A program made the translations under genes and the position numbers. From NCBI GenBank assembly GCA_947589005.1, contig CANPZO010000007.1:1125-65124 (forward strand): DNA of 64,000 nucleotides, given 5' to 3'. Of this stretch, positions 18,401-26,399 are shown piece after piece. Numbering within the stretch: position 1 is the stretch's first letter; each line of letters begins with the position of its first letter. The stretch comes from an uncultured Clostridia bacterium. GTDB taxonomy: Bacteria; Bacillota; Clostridia; UMGS1883. The notes under the pieces were generated by a model. That model was not told the origin of the DNA, made no database searches, and saw only the letters and a program-made list of their open reading frames with translations.

Positions 18401-19251
18401 TGGAGATAATTTTTAGAAACGCTCTGGGTGCCATAGAAATGGACGGCGGCTCCGGAACGGCGCCCTTTAAAATACTTGGCGCGGAGGGGCTGGGTTACCT
18501 GACACAAAGCGTCAAGACGACGGCCTATCCCTTCATGGCCGGACAGAGGACCCTTTCGCGCAGCCCGGGGGCGAGGCTCGTCACTCTGTCCGCCGAGGCC
18601 GCCGAGGGCGGCGCGAACTACGAAGGCACCGTGGCGGCCATCGCCCACGAAAGCGGACGGCTGGAAATAATACACGGTGAAAAAAGGGTGTACGCCGACT
18701 GCTATGTAAGCGCCCTGAACGTCACCCGGGCCAAGGGCGGAGAGTACGAAAAGTATGTGTTCCAGTTCACTTGCGACTATCCGTATTTCCGTGACATGAA
18801 CGCCGGCGCGGTGAGCCTGTTCCGGAGAAATAAGCTGGTAAAGGGGAGCTTTGTGCTGCCGAAGGTGTTTTCCGAAAGGGTCACCGGCGGAACGGTGACG
18901 GTCAAAGGCGACAGGGAGGTCTATCCTACGGTTTATGTCCGGGGACTGTCTTACGAAACGGAGTTCCCTCTTGAGCTGGAGAACACCGCCACAGGCGCAA
19001 GGCTTAAGCTGACGCTGCCGGCGGGGGAATACGAGCTGATAACCTTTGACCTGCGCAACGGAAGGATAAGCTGCGGCGAAAAGGATTTGAGCAAATATCT
19101 GGACGAGAACAGCTTCATGAGTGATTTTTACCTCTTGAAGGGCGAAAATCGCATCGAGGTCAGAGCCATGGACCTTTCGGTGAACACCTCGGCCTCGGTG
19201 AGCTGTGAAAGCGAGTATTACAGCGCGTGGGAGGACAGAGATGTGCGGTGA
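18400..19251 (+). CDS. Distal tail (Dit)-like protein
   Basis: Follows the tape measure gene; FTCDYPYF and L.KGEN.I motifs. Confidence 0.75.
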   Translation: MEIIFRNALGAIEMDGGSGTAPFKILGAEGLGYLTQSVKTTAYPFMAGQRTLSRSPGARLVTLSAEAAEGGANYEGTVAAIAHESGRLEIIHGEKRVYADCYVSALNVTRAKGGEYEKYVFQFTCDYPYFRDMNAGAVSLFRRNKLVKGSFVLPKVFSERVTGGTVTVKGDREVYPTVYVRGLSYETEFPLELENTATGARLKLTLPAGEYELITFDLRNGRISCGEKDLSKYLDENSFMSDFYLLKGENRIEVRAMDLSVNTSASVSCESEYYSAWEDRDVR

Positions 19252-20185
19252 ACTGATTTTTTACGACTATGAGTTCAATCCTTTGGGAAGGGTGGCGCGG
19301 GCGGCGGACATCTATCACAAGGAGATATACAACGGCATCGGCACATTTGAGGCGGAAATCGACCGTTCGGAGCCAATGGCGGCGGAGCTTTTGAGAAGAG
19401 ATTACACCGTTGTAATATGGGACGGCCTACAGGCGGTGATAACCTCCGTCCAGGCGGAGGAGGGCGAGGAGACGGTGAGGATATACGGACGCACTCCCAA
19501 CTGGATCCTCGGCAAACGGGCCTGTCCCAACTTCGGCCAACGTAACGGAACGCCTCACGCGCTGGCCCACGCTTTGGTGAGCGAGGTCTGGGGCGACAGC
19601 ATCGCCGACGGTCCGGGCGGAGATATCGGGGGCGAGGAGACCACCTTCTGGCGGAACGTGTACAATCCCTTAAGCGAGGTGGTAGCGGACTGCCTTGACC
19701 GTGCCGGAGCGGGACACCGGGTGGTGTTCGACACAAATGATAAGCAGTGGAGGTTCGAGACCTACGAGGGGAGGCTCCTGCCGCTGATGTTTTCGTCGGA
19801 CAGGCGCAACGCTGCCGATATGAGCTGCAGCCACAGCGTGCTGGACCATTTCAACGGCGGCTTTTATACCACCGACGAGGAGAAGGGCACGTGGACGGAG
19901 ATACCCTCGGACAAGGAGGGCATATACCGCTGGACCGCCCGCCTGACAAGCACCGGCGAAAGTTCGGCCAAAAACGAGCTTGAGAAGAAGAAAATAGAAA
20001 ATAAAATCGACTTCAGCACTCTTGATATTCTGCGGGGCAGGGATTACGAGCTGGGTGACCGCGTCCGCGCGGCCATGGACCTTGGCGGAAAGCGGATAGT
20101 GAACGAAATGAGGATAACGGCGGTGGAAAGGTGGGCGTCGTACAATGACAGCGGCGAAAGGCCGCTGTTGGAGGGAATGGAGTGA
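19241..20185 (+). CDS. Siphovirus Gp37-like baseplate hub/tail protein
   Basis: YNGIGTFE and RDYELGDRV motifs; position after Dit. Confidence 0.75.
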   Translation: MCGELIFYDYEFNPLGRVARAADIYHKEIYNGIGTFEAEIDRSEPMAAELLRRDYTVVIWDGLQAVITSVQAEEGEETVRIYGRTPNWILGKRACPNFGQRNGTPHALAHALVSEVWGDSIADGPGGDIGGEETTFWRNVYNPLSEVVADCLDRAGAGHRVVFDTNDKQWRFETYEGRLLPLMFSSDRRNAADMSCSHSVLDHFNGGFYTTDEEKGTWTEIPSDKEGIYRWTARLTSTGESSAKNELEKKKIENKIDFSTLDILRGRDYELGDRVRAAMDLGGKRIVNEMRITAVERWASYNDSGERPLLEGME

Positions 20186-20320
20186 GAAACGCGCGGCGCA
20201 AGCGATATGCGCCGCGGCTCTTTAAGGGCTGTTCTCCACTCTATGACGCGGGGGTACAAGTCCCGCCGGAGCACCGAAGGGCGGGACTTAGGCCCCTATT
20301 GAATTTGCAGAGGTGAAAAA

Positions 20321-21190
20321 GTGAAATATTACTTTGGCGATAATCGGGAATACGGCGCCGCCGACATAAAAAAAGCCTTTGGCGTGTTCGCGGCGCAGGG
20401 AGGCATAGACTTGGGACTAAGCGACGGAAAGCAGCACAGTCCCTCGGATTTGAACCGCATCATAGCCGCGGCGGTGAGCAAGGGCGTCGTCACCGAAAGC
20501 AACAGCTGTCTCAGGCTTGACGAAAAGGACGGCGGCTACTATATCCTGCCGGGCAAGGGAGTGTTTTCCGACGGCGGCATGGCGGAGGTAGAGGAGGAGA
20601 CGAGGGTCGATATAAGCGGAGGGCATTATCTGTACATAGCCTACAGTGAAATGCTGGACGAGGTGTATTTCCTTGTGACGTCGGACCCCCGCACCGACAG
20701 CGTCAGCGAGCTCCTGATACCCATAGCCTACGTGGACGAAAGCGGAAAGCCTCGGGATATGCGGGAATTTGCCAGAGGCAAGCTGCCGGCCCTGCCCTCG
20801 GCCACCTGGAACGTGATGCGCGAGGTGGAGCTGGTGGTGGACGCATCGACCGTAACTCACGGGGAGATAAATTCCGACCGCTATATCGAGGCGAGGCATC
20901 CCATCGACGGCGACATAAACTTTATGATGGTGGAAAGCGAAATATTCATGTCCACCATGAACATAGGCCCTGTCGGCGCCGCCTATCACACGGTGGCGGG
21001 CGGCGGCACCGGATTGCACATCCACACCCACGACTATTTTGGCGTGCATTACAGCGGCAGCTTTTACCGCGCCACCTATCTGGGCGGAGGGAGCGGCTAT
21101 ATAGACCTGCGGTATTATTTCCCCAAAAATCTGGCCGGTGGAAGGTTTTCGTATAAGGCGACGGTGGGGATAAAAAATAACCCTGTGTGA
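20321..21190 (+). CDS. Baseplate/receptor-binding-like structural protein
   Basis: N-terminus (DNREYGAAD...V..GV...PGKG) resembles clostridial phage upper-baseplate proteins; last gene of the module. Confidence 0.55.
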   Translation: MKYYFGDNREYGAADIKKAFGVFAAQGGIDLGLSDGKQHSPSDLNRIIAAAVSKGVVTESNSCLRLDEKDGGYYILPGKGVFSDGGMAEVEEETRVDISGGHYLYIAYSEMLDEVYFLVTSDPRTDSVSELLIPIAYVDESGKPRDMREFARGKLPALPSATWNVMREVELVVDASTVTHGEINSDRYIEARHPIDGDINFMMVESEIFMSTMNIGPVGAAYHTVAGGGTGLHIHTHDYFGVHYSGSFYRATYLGGGSGYIDLRYYFPKNLAGGRFSYKATVGIKNNPV

Positions 21191-21473
21191 GAGACCGGAA
21201 TATTGATCGTCCCATGTCCGCCCGCGCCGCCGGCGATTACGGCGGCGAGCTATATTAAGGGGCAGGAACCGCCAAAAAATCACGGAGGCACTGGGGCTGT
21301 CAAAAAAATCGCGTAGAAAAAAATCGGAACAGGCGTTGCATCGCTTGTTTCGATTTTTTTTACTTTTTCGGCGGCTTGAGGGCAAGCCGCCCTACGGAGC
21401 ACTAACGCAACAAAGTAGAGGTTTCGTTTTTCGCAGCCCCCTTTTTTGTTTTGAAAAATTTTCTGTAAAAATA

Positions 21474-21502
21474 TTGATTTTTGCCCCGGCACGTGGTAAA
21501 AT
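21474..21502 (+). promoter_or_regulatory. sigmaA promoter for rodA
   Basis: TTGATT-N17-TAAAAT with extended TG. Confidence 0.6.
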
Positions 21503-21539
21503 AGAGGGCGAAACAAAAAACGGAAAGGGAGGCGGCGGC

Positions 21540-22721
21540 ATGGAAGAGACGGAAAACACGGAGAACACGGCCGTGGAGCCGGAGCGGGCGGTAAAGCCCA
21601 AAAAGGAAAAGAAAGAAAAAAAGGGCCTGTTTTCCGACGCGGTGGACCACTCGCTGTTGATTTATGTCATACTCGCCTCGCTTTGCGGCATTGTGGCGGT
21701 GAACAGCGCCTCGGCCGGCATAGAGGGGCATTACCGCTATGTGATAGTGCAGTCGGCGGCTTTTCTGCTGGGAATGGCGGCTATGACGGCGCTGACCTTT
21801 TTTAATTACAAATATCTGGACAAGCTCAGATTTGTATTTCTGGGCGCGGCGGTGGCGCTGCTGGCGGTGGTGCTTGTGATAGGCAAAATTCGGGGCGGAA
21901 CTCAGGGCTGGCTTGCCGTGGGCCCGCTGAACCTTCAGCCCGCCGAAATCGCCAAGCTCTGCTTTATAATCACCATGTCCTGCCATCTGGCGCGGGTGCA
22001 TGAAAGCGTAAATAAGCCTAAGACCCTGATTTTCCTGCTGCTGCATTTGGGAATTTACGTGGGGCTGATACTGCTTCAGCCCGACTTCGGCACGGCGATG
22101 GTTTTTGTGGTCATCTTCTGCGCGGAGCTGTTCTTCGCGGGGATAAGCCTTAAGTATGTGTTCGGCACTTTGGGGGCGGCGGCGCTGGCCTCGCCGATAA
22201 TATGGTTCCTGCTAAAGCCCCATCAGAGGGGCCGCCTGCTCAGCTTTATCAACCCCGAAAGCGACCCCACCGGCACCGGCTATCATGTGCTTCAGTCCAA
22301 GCTGGCTATGGGCAGCGGCCAAATCTGGGGCAGGGGCTATCTTAAGGGGCCTCAGACCCAGTACGGTTACCTGCCGGAAAGACAGACGGACTTTATTTTC
22401 TCCTCCATAGGCGAGGAGTTCGGTTTTGTGGGCTGCGTCATAATAGCGGCGCTGCTTTTCCTTATAATATACCGCTGCTTCAAGGACGCGGTGGACAGCC
22501 GCCACGAGCCTATGGGTATGTTTATCTGCGTGGGCGTGGGGGCGATGATGTTTTTCCACACCTTTGAAAATATCGGAATGTGCCTGGGACTTATGCCCAT
22601 AACCGGCATACCTCTGCCCTTTGTGAGCTACGGCGGCAGCAGTATGCTGACCTGCTGCGCCGCCATCGGCCTTGTGCAGAGCGTCATCACGAGGCGGCGG
22701 CGGACAAAATTTGATATATAA
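21540..22721 (+). CDS. rodA: SEDS-family peptidoglycan polymerase RodA
   Basis: QPAEIAK, LQPDFGT, GYHVLQS..A.GSG, TDFIFS.IGEEFG, PITGIPLPFVSYGGSS. Confidence 0.88.
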   Translation: MEETENTENTAVEPERAVKPKKEKKEKKGLFSDAVDHSLLIYVILASLCGIVAVNSASAGIEGHYRYVIVQSAAFLLGMAAMTALTFFNYKYLDKLRFVFLGAAVALLAVVLVIGKIRGGTQGWLAVGPLNLQPAEIAKLCFIITMSCHLARVHESVNKPKTLIFLLLHLGIYVGLILLQPDFGTAMVFVVIFCAELFFAGISLKYVFGTLGAAALASPIIWFLLKPHQRGRLLSFINPESDPTGTGYHVLQSKLAMGSGQIWGRGYLKGPQTQYGYLPERQTDFIFSSIGEEFGFVGCVIIAALLFLIIYRCFKDAVDSRHEPMGMFICVGVGAMMFFHTFENIGMCLGLMPITGIPLPFVSYGGSSMLTCCAAIGLVQSVITRRRRTKFDI

Positions 22722-22796
22722 CACTAATTTTTGATGAAAACATGACAATTGTGAGGGCCTTTGTCCCTTATTGAAAAACATGAGGCGGTGCGCGTT

Positions 22797-23720
22797 TTGG
22801 GAGTTATCTATTCAAAAATACTGTATCTGGGACTGATGATACTGGCCGGATTTATCTGTGAAAAGACCGGCTATGTGGACAGGCTCTGTGACCGCACCGG
22901 CAAGCTGATAAAAAACGTGACCCTGCCGTTGCTGGTGCTTACCAGCGTTACCGGCCAGAACGTGGGCCGGAGCGCGGCGGGGGAGGCCGCCACGGTGGTG
23001 GCCTTCGCTTTCGGCGGCATGGCTTTCCTGGCGGCGGCGGGCTTTGTCACGGCGAAGCTGTTCCGCCTGAGCAAGACCCAGACGCCGGTACATATCTGCC
23101 TCGGCACCTTCGGCAACGTGGTGTTCCTGTGCTATCCGCTGGTGCAGGCGGTGTTCGGGGACAAGGGCATACTTTTCGCCGTGTTTTACGCCATCGCAAA
23201 CGATTCCATGCTCTGGACGCTGGGCGTGGCCTCCGTCAGCGGGGAAAAAGGGCTGAAAAGCCTTAGACACCTCATAAACCCCTGTACCGTTACCTTTGCG
23301 GTCGCCTTGACCATGCTCTGCCTGGGGCTTAGGCTGCCGGGCACGCTCAACGACGCCGCCGCCGCGGTGGGCGCGGCGACCACGCCCCTCTCAATGATGT
23401 TTATCGGGGCGACGCTGGCGGGCATCAGCTTTGCGGGGGCGCTGAAAAAGCCCCAGATATACGTGCTGAGCGTAGTTAAGATGATAATAGTTCCGGTGCT
23501 GGCAATGCTGGTGATAAGGGCCCTGTCCCTTCCCCTCAGCGAGGCGGCGGCAGGAGCCCTGGTGTTCCAGCTTGCGATGCCCTGTCAGACCATATTCGCG
23601 GTGATAGCCTCGGAATATAAGCTGGACACCGCCTACGCCGCGGAGATTATATTCATGACCACAGTTTTTTCGGCGGTCAGCCTTCCGCTGGTATACCGGC
23701 TTATGGAGGTGATACTCTGA
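22797..23720 (+). CDS. AEC (auxin efflux carrier) family transporter; start codon uncertain
   Basis: FGNVVFL.YP and PLSMMFIG motifs; multiple TM helices. Confidence 0.85.
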   Translation: MGVIYSKILYLGLMILAGFICEKTGYVDRLCDRTGKLIKNVTLPLLVLTSVTGQNVGRSAAGEAATVVAFAFGGMAFLAAAGFVTAKLFRLSKTQTPVHICLGTFGNVVFLCYPLVQAVFGDKGILFAVFYAIANDSMLWTLGVASVSGEKGLKSLRHLINPCTVTFAVALTMLCLGLRLPGTLNDAAAAVGAATTPLSMMFIGATLAGISFAGALKKPQIYVLSVVKMIIVPVLAMLVIRALSLPLSEAAAGALVFQLAMPCQTIFAVIASEYKLDTAYAAEIIFMTTVFSAVSLPLVYRLMEVIL

Positions 23721-24334
23721 TGAGGTACAATGTTGAAAATCAAAGGCTTTGGTCCGGTATGCGGCGGGCGGCGGAATATTTTGACACCGATATGGGCGGA
23801 TTGAACAAATACCTCTGCCTGGCCGACGGAACTTTGGAAATGATGGAGGAGTACGGCATCGTCCCCGAGGGCGAGCTGCTCCTAAGGATAGTGCGCTTTT
23901 TGGGCATGACCAGCGGAGAAATAATTTTTGACCGTGAGCCGGAGGCCGGACTGGAGACGCCCCGGCATATCCCCGTCTTTGGCGGTGAGGGCAGGGCGGA
24001 GCTGCTGGGCCGGGTGATGGTGGATCTGCCTCCGGACGACGACAGGGAGTACGTAGGACTTACCGTCAGGGACAGTTCAATGAGCCGTGCCGGTATAATG
24101 GAGGGCGATCTTGCGGTCATACGCCGTCAGGCGGTGGCCGAGGACGGGGACATTGTGGCGGCGGAGGTGGACGGGATCACGGTAGTGAGACGCTTCCGTC
24201 GAAGGGGCCTGCTGTCCTGGCTTGAGGCCGAGGGCTATGTGGGCGGCGAGTCCGATGTCAGCGGCATGACCTCGTCCGGCCCGAGGGTCGCCATATGGGG
24301 CAAGGTCGTTTCGTCCATAAGGAGCTATGAATAG
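23720..24334 (+). CDS. CI/LexA-like protein: degenerate HTH plus S24 domain
   Basis: V.DSSM..AGI.EGD...IRRQ..AEDGDIVAA and GKVV motifs. Catalytic Lys and Ala-Gly cleavage site appear absent. Confidence 0.75.
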   Translation: MRYNVENQRLWSGMRRAAEYFDTDMGGLNKYLCLADGTLEMMEEYGIVPEGELLLRIVRFLGMTSGEIIFDREPEAGLETPRHIPVFGGEGRAELLGRVMVDLPPDDDREYVGLTVRDSSMSRAGIMEGDLAVIRRQAVAEDGDIVAAEVDGITVVRRFRRRGLLSWLEAEGYVGGESDVSGMTSSGPRVAIWGKVVSSIRSYE

Positions 24335-24444
24335 GCAATGAGAAGTAGAACACCGCTCGGTTTAAGGCCGCGCGGCGCCGCATCAAATATAGTAATTTAC
24401 GCCTCTCCCGCTGAATATAATTATCTGTGTGGGGAGGTGTTTTT

Positions 24445-24699
24445 GTGTCCGATTACGGCAATCTTATTTTGGAAAATCGGGAAAAACTCTGTGTTTCGGC
24501 GGTCAGCGACGTGGAAAGCTTTGACGAACGCAAGATAGTCCTGCGGGTGGGCGAGAGCCGCCTTACGGTCCTTGGCAGCGGCCTTCGGCTCAGTCAGGTG
24601 AGCGTGGAGGACGGCGAGGCCACGCTTGAGGGCTTCATCGACAGCTGCGTCTATTCGGCGGCGGGCAAGGGCTCCGTCTGGGGACGGCTGGTGAAATGA
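24445..24699 (+). CDS. yabP: Sporulation protein YabP
   Basis: LILENREKL.VSAV.DVESFDE. Confidence 0.9.
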   Translation: MSDYGNLILENREKLCVSAVSDVESFDERKIVLRVGESRLTVLGSGLRLSQVSVEDGEATLEGFIDSCVYSAAGKGSVWGRLVK

Positions 24700-25181
24700 C
24701 GGTTTCCAGCCTTGAGCAGCTGAGCGCCCTTCTCTACGGCGTGTTGGCCGGCGTAATCTGCGGGGCCGCGGCCTCGGCGGTGAACGGCTTTAGGGAGGAG
24801 CTGAAGTTCCCCACGGCGGTCTCCATGGCGCTGGATCTGCTTTTCTGGGTATTTGCCGGCGCTTTGATGGTGTGGTTCAGCCTGCGCTTCGGCGACGGAG
24901 GGATAAGGGGATATCAGATACTGGCGGCGGTATGCGGCTTCTGCCTGCACGGTCTGTGTCTGTCACGCCTGACGGAAAAGGGGGCGCGGATGCTGGCCCG
25001 GCTGTGCAGGCTGCTCCTGTCTCCGGCGGCCTTCCTGATGAGGGGAGCGAGGCTTTATATTGAAAAAATATATAAAAAAATCACCTTTGCGCTCAAGAGA
25101 GTAAAAAACGGCATAGGCCGTTCGACACAAGCCGACAGAGTCCGAAAAAAAATTCAAAAAAATTACAAAAAAATGCTATAA
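24696..25181 (+). CDS. yabQ: Spore cortex biosynthesis protein YabQ
   Basis: DLLFW and G.IRGY motifs; synteny yabP-yabQ-divIC. Confidence 0.8.
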   Translation: MTVSSLEQLSALLYGVLAGVICGAAASAVNGFREELKFPTAVSMALDLLFWVFAGALMVWFSLRFGDGGIRGYQILAAVCGFCLHGLCLSRLTEKGARMLARLCRLLLSPAAFLMRGARLYIEKIYKKITFALKRVKNGIGRSTQADRVRKKIQKNYKKML

Positions 25182-25249
25182 AATACTTTACAAAACAAAA
25201 AATTTGTTATATACTATAATATGTGCTGTGGTACTTGGAGGGATGCCTG

Positions 25250-25546
25250 ATGAAGTTGTTTGGCAGAGAAATACCTCGCGGAAAGGGTCCGCGTCTTGTG
25301 GTGATGGGAGTTGCCGGCGTTATATTGGCGGCTTTCGTTGTGATGGTTTTTTCTACCGTTATAGGCATCTGGGAGGTACACAGGGATATAAGTGATTGCA
25401 ATGAGGCTATCGCGCAGAAGGAGAGCGAGCTCAATCAACTTGAACAGAAGAAGGCATATTACGAAAGCGACGAGTTTTTTGAGGACGCCGCCCGCAGCAG
25501 CGGATATGTAGGCGAGGATGAAACGGTTTTCGTGGTGGTTGACTGA
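25250..25546 (+). CDS. divIC: Septum formation initiator (DivIC/FtsB family)
   Basis: TM helix plus coiled coil plus E..AR..GYV...ETVF. Confidence 0.8.
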   Translation: MKLFGREIPRGKGPRLVVMGVAGVILAAFVVMVFSTVIGIWEVHRDISDCNEAIAQKESELNQLEQKKAYYESDEFFEDAARSSGYVGEDETVFVVVD

Positions 25547-25585
25547 GCCGGCGGATTACATTTTTGAAAGGAGTCTCATACCTTT

Positions 25586-25996
25586 ATGGCTCTTGAAGTT
25601 GGAAGCATTGTGGAAGGTAAGGTATCGGGCATAACGGGATTTGGGGCCTTTGTGGACCTCCCGGAAAAGAAAACGGGTCTTGTACATATATCTGAGGTGG
25701 CCCGGGATTACGTCAAGGACATACATGAACATCTCACCGTGGGACAGACCGTAAGGGTCAAAATACTGACCATGGAGCCCAACGGGAAGATAAGTCTGTC
25801 CATAAAAAAGGCGGTGCCCCCAAAGCCCAAGCAGCCGGCGGTATTTTCGGGCCGGCCCGCGGAGGTGAGCTTTTCTTCCGGAGGCGGCGAAATGTCCTTT
25901 GAGGACAAGATGGCCAAGTTCAAGCAGACCAGCGACGAGCGTATGCTGGACATAAAGCGCAATGTGGAGTCCAAGCGCGGCAGCAGAAGAAAGTGA
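25586..25996 (+). CDS. S1 RNA-binding domain protein (YabR/YugI-like)
   Basis: GITGFGAFV, GLVHISEVA, SFEDKMAKF. Confidence 0.9.
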   Translation: MALEVGSIVEGKVSGITGFGAFVDLPEKKTGLVHISEVARDYVKDIHEHLTVGQTVRVKILTMEPNGKISLSIKKAVPPKPKQPAVFSGRPAEVSFSSGGGEMSFEDKMAKFKQTSDERMLDIKRNVESKRGSRRK

Positions 25997-26057
25997 GATA
26001 TAAAGCAGGAGCCCGAATGGCCGCAAGACCGTTTGGGGCTCCTGATTTTATTTAAAT

Positions 26058-26275
26058 GGGATATCAAAAAAATTGTGAAGAACGGCGTCGTCGCAAGCCT
26101 CGCTTCGCTTGCGGCGACTTTTTTGATTTTTTCGGCGGCTTGAGGGCAAGCCGCCCTACGGAGCACTAACGTAACAAAGTGGTGTAGGGCGGGCTGCCTT
26201 CAGCCCGCCGCTTATAATGACGGACAAAAAACTCGCAAAAGGTCGGTAGTGAGCCAAAGCCGCAGCGAGGTAAGC
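26058..26275. repeat. Composite intergenic repeat (MITE end plus divergent REP pair)
   Basis: 26086-26124 matches 44612-44650; 26232-26270 matches the reverse complement of about 38192-38230. Confidence 0.75.
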
Positions 26276-26352
26276 CATGTTTCGAGTTTTAATCGAAACA
26301 CGCGATACCGAGTTTGTGACGACGCAGATCTGCGCGATTTTTTGCTTAATCG

Positions 26353-26382
26353 GTATATTCCATGAATTTCCGGCGCATAATA
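26353..26382 (+). promoter_or_regulatory. sigmaG (forespore) promoter for the germinant receptor operon
   Basis: GTATA-N18-CATAATA. Confidence 0.7.
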
Positions 26383-26399
26383 CCCAAGAGGTGATGCGC

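Larger units (their letters stand above)
9250..21250 (+). mobile_element. Domesticated phage head-tail module, gene-transfer-agent (GTA)-like candidate
   Basis: 15 co-oriented ORFs: a Zn-finger gene plus terminase, portal, connectors, chaperones, scaffold, capsid, tail tube, tape measure and baseplate. No integrase, replication, lysis genes or att repeats seen. GC content looks host-like. Confidence 0.8.

Noticed and set aside
9250-21250. Intact inducible prophage, PICI/satellite or tailocin
   Set aside because: No integrase, replication/primase, att repeats or lysis genes seen. Head and packaging genes are present, so it is not a tail-only bacteriocin. A decayed prophage remnant cannot be excluded from one genome.
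23720-24334. The host's true lexA
   Set aside because: N-terminus is not the LexA winged-helix type, the cleavage site and catalytic Lys appear absent, and no SOS box precedes it
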